Shown: positions 1-12,400 of the stretch, one piece after another
Numbering within the stretch: the stretch's first letter is position 1
Layout of the letters: each line of letters begins with the position of its first letter
From: Zygnema circumcarinatum SAG 698-1b
Taxonomy: Eukaryota; Plantae; Zygnematophyceae
DNA: 64,000 nt
Assembly (NCBI GenBank): GCA_037447605.1
Contig: CM074807.1
Coordinates: 2,180,327-2,244,326 of the forward strand
Reading direction: 5' to 3'
The notes under the pieces: generated by a model
The model's database searches: none
Seen by the model: the letters and a program-made list of their open reading frames with translations, nothing else
Told to the model about the DNA's origin: nothing
Position numbers and translations under genes: made by a program

Positions 1-809
1 TAATACAAGCACAAAAATGATAGCAACGTTCAGCAGGTCACTTGGTGCTAAGCTTATTACTTTATGTCCATTTTATTTTTTTTCAGTTTGTTGTGAGTTG
101 AGCCTAGAAGAAAGTGACTGTTTCTTTATTGTTCAAATGATTACGCACTTGTCTGTCGGTTGTTAATAAAATGGACATAAAATGGTATAACTAGCAACCG
201 AAGGTTGAAACAGAGAACTCTAGGAAACTCTAAACAACAAATATGTTTGACTACGTTCACTGTGAAGCTAGCAAACTCGCTTCACAATGCAAACACCAAG
301 GAAGGATGCTTCGACCTGTACTTGTTGTTTTGGTTTCCTTAGGATCGCTTGCCCTACAAGGCTATCTACAAGCTCAAAGGGGTGAGCTCGCTCACATTTG
401 AGTGAAACAAAGTCATTTCAATTCGGTCTAAGCAAAAGTAGCATGTGAGCTCAATGAGCTTACACGTGCTGTAAGTGGCCTCATTTTCAGATGACTCAAC
501 ACAACACTGTATACAAACTAGCATGCATATCAGTCGAACCAGGTTATCAACGTTCGCTTGTTCGTTTTGCTCGACGTGGCTGCTAGAAGGCGACAATGCG
601 AGCATAGCCGTGATGGTTGAGAGAAAGAACATATGCTTCAGATAAAGTGAGCTTACGCTTCAACAGGGCTTACACATTTACGCAAAGTGATTGAAATTAA
701 CGCAGCACGTACACTGCCTAAGGTTCCGACTCACTAGGCAAACAATGCGGCTGTACAAAAAGGCACTGTGCGCTCAAGTGATAAACACTCAAAACAGACA
801 CACTTAGAT

Positions 810-910
810 ATGGATCTTGTGAAATATTTAACCTTTTCGATGATTCTATTTCTTTTGGGTATTTGGGGTATCTTCTTAAATCGTAAAAATATTCTCATAA
901 TGCTAATGTC
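810..910 (+). pseudogene. nad4L: Nuclear mitochondrial insertion (NUMT): 5' third of nad4L, inside an FGT1 intron and antisense to the host gene
   Basis: An AT-rich block starting at ATG 810 translates [34 protein letters not shown], matching the N-terminus of plant mitochondrial Nad4L as I recall it ([36 protein letters not shown]...). Similarity stops abruptly at ~910, where GC-rich sequence resumes. Confidence 0.9.
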
Positions 911-943
911 CCACCCCCCATTGTGTAGCTCGAACCCCCCCAC

Positions 944-3900
944 CTTCTGGCCACCTCCTGCGAGTAGGCTCGCCTCTCCTCCCGAATCTCCGCCGTCTCT
1001 TGCCCGCATTCCTCGCACAAGTAGCTCGGCGGCTTCTCCTGCAGGGCCGGCACGTGGCAGGTCAAATGGGCCGCTCTCCCACAGGCCTTGCACACCGCGA
1101 GGGCCCCCTCGTCCTGCGTAAAACCCACAAGCCTGCCATGAGCTCACTGCAATGCCTTTCGGTAGAAATGGGTCAGAGCAAATAACATCGAGGGGTGCAA
1201 GGATTTGTGGATGTAGACGGTCAAAGGGGTGGCCAGATGAAGGGGGGCGTAAGGAGAGTCCTACATCCTCTGCACCGCAGATTCTGCATAACTTGAAGTC
1301 CATGTCATCCTCAAGTTCTTCTTCCGATTCCGATTCAGCTGCATCCCCGAGAAAGAGTCCATGAAATGAACACAAAGCAAAAGTATCCGAACTTCAGCAG
1401 CTTCTCGTCTTTGAACTTGCCGAAAGTTAATCAGGCTTTCAATGTCAAGCCAGTTCTTGGTTCCGCTTTAGCTTCCTTGTGAACAAGCAACAGAAACAGC
1501 GTCAAGTAAAGCTACCACCCCCCTTTATCCTGCAAACTATCTACCCAAGGGAAGTCCGCCTCTGCTTCCTGATTGGCCAAAAAGGGCAGAAGGACCCACG
1601 CTGATACTCCTCGTCCTCGTCGTCCGCAAAGCCCCGGTAGCGCACCGCTCTGCGCATTCGGCCTCGCTGGGAGACGGAGGGCACACTCTGCCGCTCTCCT
1701 CTCCTCGGGGGGACTTCCTTCTCCTTCACAGGCTCCACATCTGCAGCCCAAAAAGCACACTTCAACATTGAACATTCAAAACATTCCTCGAAAAAACTTG
1801 ACAGCAGAACATCGCGCTAACCCTTCACTCGAGAAAGATGACTATCGGAATGGGTTTTAAAACCATTTCAGAAGTTGGGCTGTTCAAGCCAATCGGTCAA
1901 GCGCCATGACAAGCCGCACATTTCTAGACAGCAGACTCAGCCTCAGAAGCGGTCCTCAGTTTGCCTTCTCCCTCCCTCCCTCCCTCCCTCCCTCCCTCCC
2001 ATCCGTCCGTCCATGAAGCAGCAGCAGCAGCAGGGCCTACCCGGCTCCTGCTCCGGCTGTGGCGGCATCGGGAAGTGGTCGTCCACCAGCTTCAGGAGCA
2101 GCTCCCTCGGCCCGGACACGAAGTCATCGAGTTCGAGGCCCTGCAGCCACTCAGCCTCTCTCTCTGAGTGAGTGGAGTGAGTGAGTGAGTGAGTGAGTGA
2201 GTGAGTGAGTGAGTGAGTGAAGTGAGTGAGTGAGTGAGTGAGTGAGTGAGTGAGTGAGTGAGTGAGTGAGTGAGTGAGTGAGTGAGTGAGTGAGTGAGTG
2301 AGTGAGTGAGTGAGTGAGTGAGTGAGTGAGTGAGTGAGTGAGTGAGTGAGTGAGTGAGTGAGTGAGTGAGTGAGTGAGTGAGTGAGTGAGTGAGTGAGTG
2401 AGTGAGTGAGTGAGTGAGTGAGTGAGTGAGTGAGTGAGTGAGTGAGTGAGTGAGTGAGTAAGTGAGTGGGTGAGTGGGTGAGTCAGTGAGTGAGTCAGTG
2501 AGTGGGTGTGTGCATCTCCATTGTCAGCATAGAGCTGAGTTCTCTTTTTCTCTGGGGCAAGCGCTTGTGCAATCCAATTCCAAAATGAAGCTTTTCCAAT
2601 CGCAAACGAGCATCTTTGACCGCTTTAATCAACTTGCGAGACAGAAAGAGTGAGTAGCAAGGGAGGAGCAAGTGGGGAGGGGCGAAAGAGGAGAGGGGCA
2701 GCTGGGGAGGATGGGAGGAGGGGATGAAAGAGAGAGAGAGAGAGGGAGAGTTTAGAGGTTAGGGGTAAAGGTTTGGGGCTTAGGGTTTAGCTGTTAAGGG
2801 TTAGGGGTTAGGTTTAGCGGTTTGAGCTTCGGCTTAGGGTTTAGGGTTTGAAGGTTCACGGGATGGGTGTTAGGAGTCGCCTGTTAGGGTTCAGGGGGTT
2901 GGCGGTTCGGGGCACGGGTCAAAGGTTTAGGGTTTAAGGTTTAGGGTTTAGGGTGACGGGTTAGAGGCCAGGGGTTGCGGGTTAGGGTTAGGGTTAGGGA
3001 GTAGCATTTTGGGTTTCTGGTTTATGGTTTAGGGGGGGGGTAGAGGTTGAGATTTGCGTCGCTATCCGCAAACCCCGCGCATTTTATGAAAGGCTGAACT
3101 CACATATTTGGAAATCGCCTCTTCAGTGCGCGACTCGCCCGTGCTCTGCAGGCCGATGACCACGCACTTTCCCGCCGCCAATGCAGCCTTGGCGGTCTTC
3201 ACAACTGCCGGAATCTTCGCCGCCATGCACATATGTCGGAAAAATCTCTGCAATCCACAGTCTTGAAGCTTAGTAGTCGCCATAGACTCGCTGCCAGGAG
3301 GCAGAACAAAGCACTGCCCTCTTGCAAGAAGGAAGGGTCCGACCCGACCCGACCGGACCTGGTGACTGGCCCAGAAAAACCGCCAAAGCGAATTCTGCTG
3401 CGACTTCTTTTGGGAGTCGGCGGAGAGAGGGGCCGCCGCGAGGCCCTGCATGAGTTCTACGCGGAGCTCACACCAAAGTTTGGCGGCTTGGCTGTACATC
3501 TCCTGCGGGAGGCAAACAGACAACGCGTGAAGCTGTCTGCAGGGAAGAGACCAGACCAGCTTCAGTCTTGACAAGGAGCAAGGAAATGCTTTATGGTATG
3601 TTCACCCACATCCATTTCCGGCTCCAATTCGACCTGAACGATTTCAAATTCTGCCCCCTTGAAGCTGAGGGTGCGGCAGACGTACATGCCTCTGCAAGCC
3701 ACGCTAGCGAGAAACGGCTCAATCAACATTGGTCCATTCCGTTAGCATCACACAGCAATAGCGTTATTGTTTTCTTTATCGCCCCACTGCTTCATTTCTC
3801 CTGTTCCACTGAAATCTTGCATTCAACAGACACTGTCCGAATACTTCTGAAATGGAGAGATGGACTTATTGGAGATTGGATTCTCTGAAAATGTCCTCTG

Positions 3901-6900
3901 CACTGCCAGGTTGCTTCAAAGCGGCTTACCGAGCCTTCATGTCCATTGCAATAAGCTCTAAAGCACCAACTCCTCGTTTTTCAAGAGCACCTAGAAATCC
4001 GCCATGCAAAACCCAGAGGTCCATATGAACATGCTTTTGGCTTTTGGGCAGCACCCCTATAATAGAAAAGTTGCAAGTAGAAGTAACTTTGTACGAGGCG
4101 GAGGGCCTACCCAAAAACGAAAGGAAGTCCGGAAAGTCCGTGCCCATCCCCCACAAGCCCAATCGTATCATGTAGCCCAAGTTCCGCGGCTCGGAGGCAC
4201 CCGTGGCTGAACAATACACAATGCGAGCTTGAGGCAGCTTTGTCTGCGAGCCCACAAAAGCATCAGGACAAGCAGGGCTATGTCTGTCGATTGCATTACG
4301 GTTCCTATTACAGAAAAGAATTTCCATCCTTCTCGCAGGCTTAATGCTTTATTGATTAAATATGGCCAGGCTGGGCAGCCATATGGTGGAAAGATGCTTA
4401 CCCCCTCCATGTGGGGGGCAAAGCTGGGCACACACGTGGGCCAGCTTATACGTGTAAGTTCAAACATTGACTGGTATGCATTTTGAACATTAGCTCAATT
4501 GGAGGACACTACATTCATCATCTATTAGTTCACTGACTGAACTCAACATTCACCATCGTATTTCTAGAAACATTCCATGATGTGCACATTCCCAACAAAC
4601 CGGAGCCATATTCTTGAAAACTACGTAAAGTAGACCAGAAGAATTCAGAACTACAGTTGCTTCCAAAACCCAAGTGAATCGACTCATTACTTCAGAATGC
4701 CGGCCATCGACTTTTCCTACAGTGGCATGGACAGGCTCAGTCATTCAAGCGAATGACCACAACAGTCTGAATGAAATTTAACGTTCACAAGCTCAAGCAG
4801 TGTACCTGTAACTCCAAAACAGCCTCCCCTGTCCGTGTGCCCTGTCCTCCAGTCTCTGGGATCAAGTTTTTGGCCTTGTGGCACTGACCCATCCACCAAA
4901 CCAGCCGGCCCACGGTTTAATTATCTGTGAGCAGGGTATCTTGAAGCTAGTCCTTAGACACAGCGCAGACACTACTGCATTAAGGTAGACAATATGACAT
5001 CACCAAGACCTACCACGCAAATTGCTAACGGCTTTGTCGCAATGCATTGTCAAACAGAGCAGTAGACTTGATAATGGAGGGGACACGTCTAGCAAACAAA
5101 TCTGAACGGATGGTCTGCTCCTAACCGAGAGAAAACTGCCATGTTTGTGGTGTTGATATTGGAGCAAACTCTGCTGCCTCTACAGGTTTTCCTCTGGCAA
5201 TCTTCATCTTCCCTTTCTTGTATCACACATGCGCATGCCATGTTGATACTGTTCTATAGTAACTGTTTACTACTTTGAGATTTATTGATTGGTACATGGG
5301 TTGAGCCTAAGCTGTAACTTCGTCATTCATACTAGAAGATGCTTCACAGCTATGCCACGCAACAAACCTCATCGAACACAATAAGTCCGTCAAATCCTGG
5401 TCCGCACCACTGCACCAGCTGCTGGAGTCTTGATCTGCCCTTCTCTGAGGCAGCTATAAGGCTGCTATATGTCAGAAAAACAACTCCTTCCTTTATTCCA
5501 ATCGCCTTGGAATCCAGTTTCCCATAAGGTAACTTGTTGAGTGCATGCACTGTCAAAATCCGTCCCCATCCCGCCAAGTTGCACTTAATAAACAAATCCA
5601 ATGATTCTTCCAGAGCAGCTAAAGCAAAGGCGATATTTCAGTAGGTAACAGCCTTTCGTCTAGTAAAGATGCTAAGAAAACTGAGCAAAAATACCAGTGT
5701 CCTGCAATATGAATCCTAACATGGAAATAGGGCGTCAAGTCTGCATGATTCTGTTGCAAGCCCTGAAACCACTCACAAAAGTAAGGGAAATGTACCTTCT
5801 GCATCTGCACAGCCCACATCGTCAAGGTCTCTCTTTGCATCAAACTTAAGGTCTGCCCCGATTGACACCCACCTATAAACCAACCGTAATACAGGTTATT
5901 CCTGAAATGGAAAACGCATTCACACCATGCACTCTACTACTGCTGCCAGTGTCTTTCATGTACTTGTCAGGAAGCATCTCAGCTCCAGGTGCACAGACTT
6001 CCACCTGCCAAGTTAGGGAAAAGACATCCACGACACTACCGGTCCTAAAACGCAGGAATTTTTGCTCAACTCCCTTTCAAAATTCCACCAGCAAGTGCAG
6101 TAGAAAGCAGCGGCTTACAAAGCCTTGGATCTGCCATTGCGCCAATTCTCCAAAATCAGCCCTGCAATTGTGCGACCTTTCCCGACTCCGGCACCATCGC
6201 CTACAAAAAATCCAGCCCTTGAACCGTCTGGGAGGTGTTGCTCGTGTCTCTGTGGGGTCCCTCCCGCCCTCCCTTCTCCCACCAATTCAATCACCATTAT
6301 GGCAGCTTTTGTGTTTCCTAAGTGATGCATAGAGGTGGGCAGTGACTGCGAAAAATAGGAGCATCCGACGCTCAGGGAGTTCATTCTGGAATCAGCCTGC
6401 GAAACGAGTTCGGTTGCCAGCCAAAAATGTTCTAGAAAGCCAGAGTTGAGACGTATGAGGCAGCACCTGGCAAGCATAGACGATGGTTTCCAGCTGCAAG
6501 CAGGAGAGACTTCCGGATGCCACAATCTCATCTTCTGCTACGAGCTGGTAATGCACTTCTGGAGGTTGAATAGCGGACAGAGAAGCTGTTTCGACGACTG
6601 GGTCTGGATGGGGTGGACCAATGTTCACCCTCATCGGTTTCTGGTCCCACATACAGAACACAAACTTTCACAGAATCAGCGAAAGGACCTCCGTTCGACC
6701 TGCGCTGTCCTGCTCCATTCGTGCCCTGGCTCTGATTCTCTACCTTTCCTCCATCACCTCAGTAAGAAAAATCTCTCGCCAACCTTGACAAGAAACCGCA
6801 ATCGCAATTCATGTTGTTGCGAGAGAAACAACCAGGAAGGGCTAACGTCGTCAAGTATGTACCTTATCTGCCCATTTTCAGCTTCGATAAACCTATCTAC

Positions 6901-8431
6901 TCGATGGACTGAAACTGAAACTGAATGCCTTGAGAAAGACGGTAGAATAAGCGAACAAGGACCTCAAAAAGTCTGAAGCCGAGCATGTCACAGCTGACTT
7001 GCTACAACCTCGACGGGGAGGTGAAGTCGTACTTCTATTCTCCCATAATGCGACCCCTACTTGCAAAGTCTGCAGGGTTCCTTGTCCTGATCCTTTACAT
7101 TCACTTACATAGTCCATGAAGGTCTCTCCCGCTGCTGCCTCCTCTTCTTCAGCTTCCACGTCCAATGCCATCTGTTTCAATGCTACAACAAAGCAAAGTA
7201 GGTAAGAGCAACGCAGGTCCCTTCCTTTTCACATTCAACTCATTGACACCATACCTGCTCAATTAAACAGTAAGTGGCCTACAAGAGACTGGTTGCCATG
7301 TGACGTGCCAATCAAATTAAGACAGGTCCTGCGGAATTGTGGAAAACTGATCCTTCGCTTTAGGCATCTCTCTTTGTCCAATAAAAAAAAGTGGGGTCGT
7401 GAAAGTCATGAAAGTTTCAAGTGGACACAACATGCGTCGACCTTTTCTAAAGGTAAAGGAGACACTCCTAAATATGTAGACGGAGAGAAAAGGATATGAA
7501 AAACTCGAGTTTGATCAGCAAGACAAGACAAGACAAAGTTTGCCTCAGGAGATTGAATAAGCGTAAAATTGGAGCATGAATTTGGTGTCAAACGAGAGAA
7601 AAACTGGACTGTTATGGACTGTAAGATTACGTCGACAATATGTGACTTCTGATAGTGCATTTTTTTCGTGATCTACAAAGGATTTGTAATTTTCTGACTC
7701 ATAAAAATTGAAAAATCTTATGCCCAGACAAATTATTAAACGGAATTAAGAGTCATTAGGTTAACACACTAGACGACGTTAAACGAACGACGTTTCAAGA
7801 ATAAGAGACTGATTGCGTTACAGGATTTTTAAATCACGCGATGAATTAGTGCACTAAGGAGTCCTCCAGTAAACCGCTTGCCTTTGTAGTCAACTTGGAC
7901 GCCAAATAAAAGCAGCTAACATATCTTCAACGCCTATGTTAAGCTCACCTCATTGATCTCCTCAGGAGGCTCATGATACCCTCCAGGAAGCAGCCTTTTT
8001 ACAACGCCTCCGCTGGCCACTGCCTCTCCAAGGTCCCGCAGCTTCCGTTTCAGCAGCTCTGTGTTTCCCCCTGTCCTGGCCGCCTCTGTGGTTTCCTGAG
8101 TCAGGCGGCGCAGCGACGCCAGATAGCCCGCGAGTTTGGAGGGGTCCACCAGCAGCTCCGCCTTGCACTGTGGACACGCGAACTGGTGAAGGCCCGGTGG
8201 CACGTTCAGCACTGCGCGGCAGCCTGCGCATGGGAGCTGAATCTTGCTCTGATCGATGCCATGCACCACGGGCGGCAGCGGCGGCGGCTGCGGCGGAAGG
8301 AAGGGGTGGGAGTGGGCGCGCTGCTGCGAGGTGCTTTGCAAAAACTTGCATTCCGGGCAGCGGAATTCCTTGAGATGCGGCGGCACGTTGAGGGAGATTC
8401 GGCAGCCCGCGCAGTGCAGCGTGGTGCTCAT
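944..8431 (-). CDS. FGT1: FORGETTER1/EMB1135 (Strawberry notch family; zinc-ribbon N-terminus, DExD-like domain, PHD finger); multi-exon, 3' part lies beyond the left edge
   Basis: ATG at 8431 starts [11 protein letters not shown]...[21 protein letters not shown]. Further exons encode [84 protein letters not shown]|[64 protein letters not shown] and [16 protein letters not shown] split C4HC3 PHD finger lies in exons ~1265-1339 and 944-1113. GT-AG junctions keep the frame where checked. Confidence 0.93.
1968..2033 (+). repeat. (CCCT)n tract followed by a short (CAG)n tract, in an FGT1 intron
   Basis: Read directly: ctccctccctccc... to ~2000, then cagcagcagcagcag. Confidence 0.9.
2166..2506 (+). 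repeat. (GAGT)n tetranucleotide microsatellite, ~340 bp, degenerate at its right end
   Basis: Near-perfect gagtgagt... run inside FGT1 intron 2141-3103. Confidence 0.98.
2751..3040 (+). repeat. Degenerate interstitial telomere-like array with mixed TTTAGGG and TTAGGG units
   Basis: Examples: ttagggtttagggttt (~2834-2849), tttagggtttaaggtttagggtttaggg (~2926-2953) and gggttagggttagggttaggg (~2979-2999), set among variant units. Confidence 0.8.
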
Positions 8432-8625
8432 GGCGCCCCCGCGCAGGCCAGCCCAGCCCAGCCCTGCGGGCCTCCCGCTCCCTGCCTTGCAATCCGCCTT
8501 CCGCCCTGTGCCGACCGCTCGGCCGCCCGCATCAATATGCGGGCGGTTTCAAGACCCGCCCAAGTTTCAAGGCCCGCCCCGCGCGCGGAGTCGTAGGCAG
8601 AGGCGCAGCGCCAAAGACTACAGTA

Positions 8626-8658
8626 CCGTACTGTTTCGTACTGTACGAAATAGTACGG
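8626..8658. repeat. Near-perfect inverted repeat upstream of FGT1 (16-bp arms, 1-nt spacer)
   Basis: ccgtactgtttcgtac-t-gtacgaaatagtacgg, with one mismatch. Confidence 0.8.
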
Positions 8659-8737
8659 CACGTAACAGTACGGCAACCGGGCGTGGGTGACTGCCGGTCG
8701 CGGTTGCAGTAATAAGACGAGGGGCGAACAGGCGCGC

Positions 8738-8779
8738 GACGTGACGTTACGTTACGTTACGTGATGTGACGTGACGTGA
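8738..8779. promoter_or_regulatory. Tandem array of eight 5-bp units, seven containing the ACGT core (bZIP-type sites), ~300 bp upstream of the FGT1 ATG
   Basis: gacgt gacgt tacgt tacgt tacgt gatgt gacgt gacgt. The array is seen directly; a regulatory role is inferred from position. Confidence 0.5.
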
Positions 8780-9004
8780 AAAGCATGGTGGGTGCAGCGG
8801 CGGTCTTCGCAGAAACGGGAACTCTCGCATATTGTGGTCGATGCGGATACGCAAAAGTGTTCTGTTCTGGGGCCGGTTTGCACTTTGACAGCCAGTCATC
8901 GCGAGGCTTTTGATGAATTGGAGGTGCTGGCGCTGCCCATACTGTTCATGTCCCGGTTTGCTCGCCAGACACCCTCAAACAAAACAAGATACCCTACTGC
9001 AGCC

Positions 9005-9155
9005 CGTCGAACCATCGGGTTTGCAAGACAATGGCCCAGCAGCTTGTTTGCCAGTGGTTTGGTTACAACCATTGGTAATATTCGGCAACATCGAACCACT
9101 ATTGACCATTGGATCCAACGGTTCCAACCATTCCCAGTGGTGGTCAATCATTAAA
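9005..9155. repeat. Dispersed repeat rich in AACCATTG/CAATGG palindromic motifs (copy A)
   Basis: aaccatcgg, acaatggc, caaccattgg, gaccattggatccaacggttccaaccatt. A similar motif cluster occurs at ~34495-34680. Confidence 0.5.
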
Positions 9156-9467
9156 TTCAAAGGCTTGCAGCCATTTCATTGATTGATCCAGGGTTAGACA
9201 TTGCACTACTAGACTTTAGGCTGCTAGGCTAGCTACCTGTTACATGGAGTGACTTGTGCCAGGGTGGTAAGAGAAAGTTACAATCACCACAAAATAAACA
9301 ACATCATTTTACAATAGAAGAGGTGACTGGTTTACTGTCACTACAGACTCACTTCTAGGATGATGCCAGTCTATAGACCCCATAGACTGGTCTCCTTTGA
9401 GAAATCACACGCCATGGTATGCGACTCTATAGCTGGCATCATTGGCTCTGAGAATCTCAGGCTGACC

Positions 9468-12400
9468 TCAAGTGCTGGCAAATAGCTGGTATGTGGAGGA
9501 GTCTGCTATAATGGATTGAATCGAACCAATCGCAGCACCCACTGTGATGAAAGCAAAAAATATGACCAGGAACCAATGGAACGCCAGAGAAGTGGCGCTC
9601 AGCTTGGCCCTGTTCACCTGCAGATTGAGACAGCAACCATCTCTCAGAGAGGTGAGAAGCAAAGTAAGGCGTGGGGTACATCCCCATGAGAATTGAAAAG
9701 TGAAATTCATTGAACCTCACAAAAATCAACGATTCAAGGCCCACCTGGCAAACAAAATAAGCTAAGCCTGCAGAAGGTGGTTCTAGCTTGTGCTGACTTC
9801 ACGTCCCTATATACGCCAGAAGATGAACACCGCAGACTGATTCAAGAGGGAGGCACTCACCCGGAGATGAAGCAAAAACGTAAGCACAAAGTTTAACGGC
9901 AAACAACTAAGGGCGCCAGCAAGCGCCACAACCCCACCAAAGAAGGGCAACATTGCTGCCAAGAAGGAAATGGCAAATATCATTGGCACGCGATAGATGA
10001 TCCGAATGGCCACATTGTATGGCGACCACAATCCAGCGGTCTTGTCACTGAGTCTATTGTCAATAGCCTCAAATATCGGCGTAATAAAGAGCTGCAAAAA
10101 GCAAGGCATTGAGGATTAAGTCGTGCCGTTTGGTCCAAGTTACCATCTGACTATAAAGCAACTGCCATCTCTTTGCATTCAGACAGCTGCCAAACTTGAC
10201 GGGCCTAACTGACAGAAGCATGCAGGGCCAGCCTTCGCTTTGACAGACTGCATGTTGGACCGCGTAACGAGGCAGTCTCTGTTCAGAAGAACGTTTGGTA
10301 TGTGCGGAGATCATGCATAAATACGATTTTGCTTCCCTAATCTCATTCTGACCAGAAGCAAAGGGACGACAGATGTTGCGTCCTTGGTTTGCACCTGAAA
10401 ACAAGCACATTCTTGGGTGAAGATTCCCAGCCATGCTAATGCCAAGATCCACGATGGGCCAGTGAGGTTCGACATTATGTCACTTGCGACGTCAATGCCA
10501 TACGCCCAAAATCCGACCAACAAGAGCGCCGAGAGGATGGGCAGACCAACGGCATATGGCAGGACCATGGCCTTGTAGAAGCCCACTACAGGGTCATTCT
10601 CAATGGTTGCCTGTACACAAGTCATAAAAATGCATGTTGTCTCAGAATGCATTAGTGCCCTCATGAGGATTCTCCATCAGCAAAAGGGATTCGTTCATGG
10701 GAAGAGGAATTGGAGTAGCCTTGAATCAAGAGAGTGTATGAACGACAAAAACACTGTTAGGCTAGATAGTACAGTAAATAAAGGACACTTTGCGAGAATT
10801 TTATACCGTCGCACTTTTCACTTCTATTGGTGCCACTCATGGGAGGACAAGCAGGAAAGCCTTCCCATGACCAAGATACACTCTTCTTGCTCACACCTCA
10901 AAAAAGCACACGAGCAGGTGACAAACACGACCTCTGTGCGACATCGGCAATAGCACAACTGAAACATTACCAGAGAAGTAATTAAAAAGACTGATGCGCT
11001 CTGCTAACAAGCGTAATAAACACTAATCGAAATGACCTGGTATTAGATGGCCCCATCCGGTTGCCTGTTCACAGTGTTCCCTGAGTGCATTCAGGGAGTT
11101 CATGCGACACATACCTGAATTTCGGGAAGGAGAACTGGATTGTATACGAATGATATGGCGGCAATAGCGACGAACCCTTGCAGCAGAGCCACTGGAGGGG
11201 AGAGTTCCTCAATGTAACTCCGGGGTGACGCTGAACTGCCTGAACAAGCCCAAAAACAAGAAATGTAGGACAGATGGGTGTGAGGAAGTCCAGCAAATGC
11301 TACAGCATGGAGCTCGCACTGCATCCCTCGTACTTTTAAGGAGGCCTAACGAGGGGAAGGTCAAGCATGGCCATATCTAAAAGGCTGCCACCTTGTATAT
11401 TCCGTACATGTGATAGGCGAGAGGCATTTATGCTGCTTCTCGCGGCTATTCACAAAGAAAACGAGCCTCTTAAATTAGCCGCTTTACGTTCAACGAAGTA
11501 ATGTCCGATCTCTTATTAATTGCACATTATCCAGCTAAAGCTTAGTGCAACTACCATTATTGTTTAAACGTTCGTAATTTTCAAACAACGACGTATTGAG
11601 GCCCCGCCCACTTAATTCAAGTCAACGAAACAATGGTTGTCCCCACATGCCCATGCATTTCGTATGCGGTAGAGCCAGGCCAGGTTCATACCATTGATAA
11701 TAGAAATAACGATGATTATTGTGAAGTAGACTGCAGCACACACGGAAGTGATGATGGAGATTAATCGCAAGTTATGCATATCTGGGGTTGCGACTGAAAG
11801 GATCGATAGGAAAAGGCCGGTAACAAATATGTACTCCCAAAGTACTATGCTGTCTGAAGCACCGAAGCCCGATTGGCAAAAACCCTGCAGTGCCCTCCAG
11901 CATCCATCAGTCTGCTGGGGATGAAAGCAGAAGGGCACATTCTGAGCTGACATGTCTGTGTAGGAGCTTGAACTGCACCTGAAGAGCCTGTCCACATACA
12001 ATCACTCCTGCCACGTTGCCTGTGACTATGTTCACCCATTGCAGAATCAGTGTTAACCAGTAGCCAATGGGCCCTGCACCCTACCAAACTCCACAACCGC
12101 TATCAGGATATAGGCAGCTTTTTCTTCGCAGCACTGGAAATAGCGAATAATACAGATTGGTACAGTCGACGAGGGGGAGCTGAAGTATTGAAGGCGCATT
12201 TCAAAGTAGGACTTTAGTCCATTCAACAGTACTTTGCAATTGCTTATGTTCCTAGAGCCAAGAAATTTCTGCCTGCAGCTGGCATCAGCAGCTTGGTCCC
12301 ACCCATTCCTATAGAACTTGGATCTGCGTGGACATCCCCAAACACCTTTGTCCTGATCATCACAAGCGAATAACAGGAGAGGAAAATATAGTCTCATAGG

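Noticed and set aside
4229-4486. 85-aa + ORF faintly reminiscent of an RPB5 C-terminus (LLIKYG...GQLIRV)
   Set aside because: It lacks the conserved RPB5 LPRI..DP..RY motif and overlaps an FGT1 exon/intron junction in antisense.
7971-8690. Several 140-207-aa ORFs overlapping FGT1 exon 1
   Set aside because: GC-rich shadow ORFs with no domain signal.
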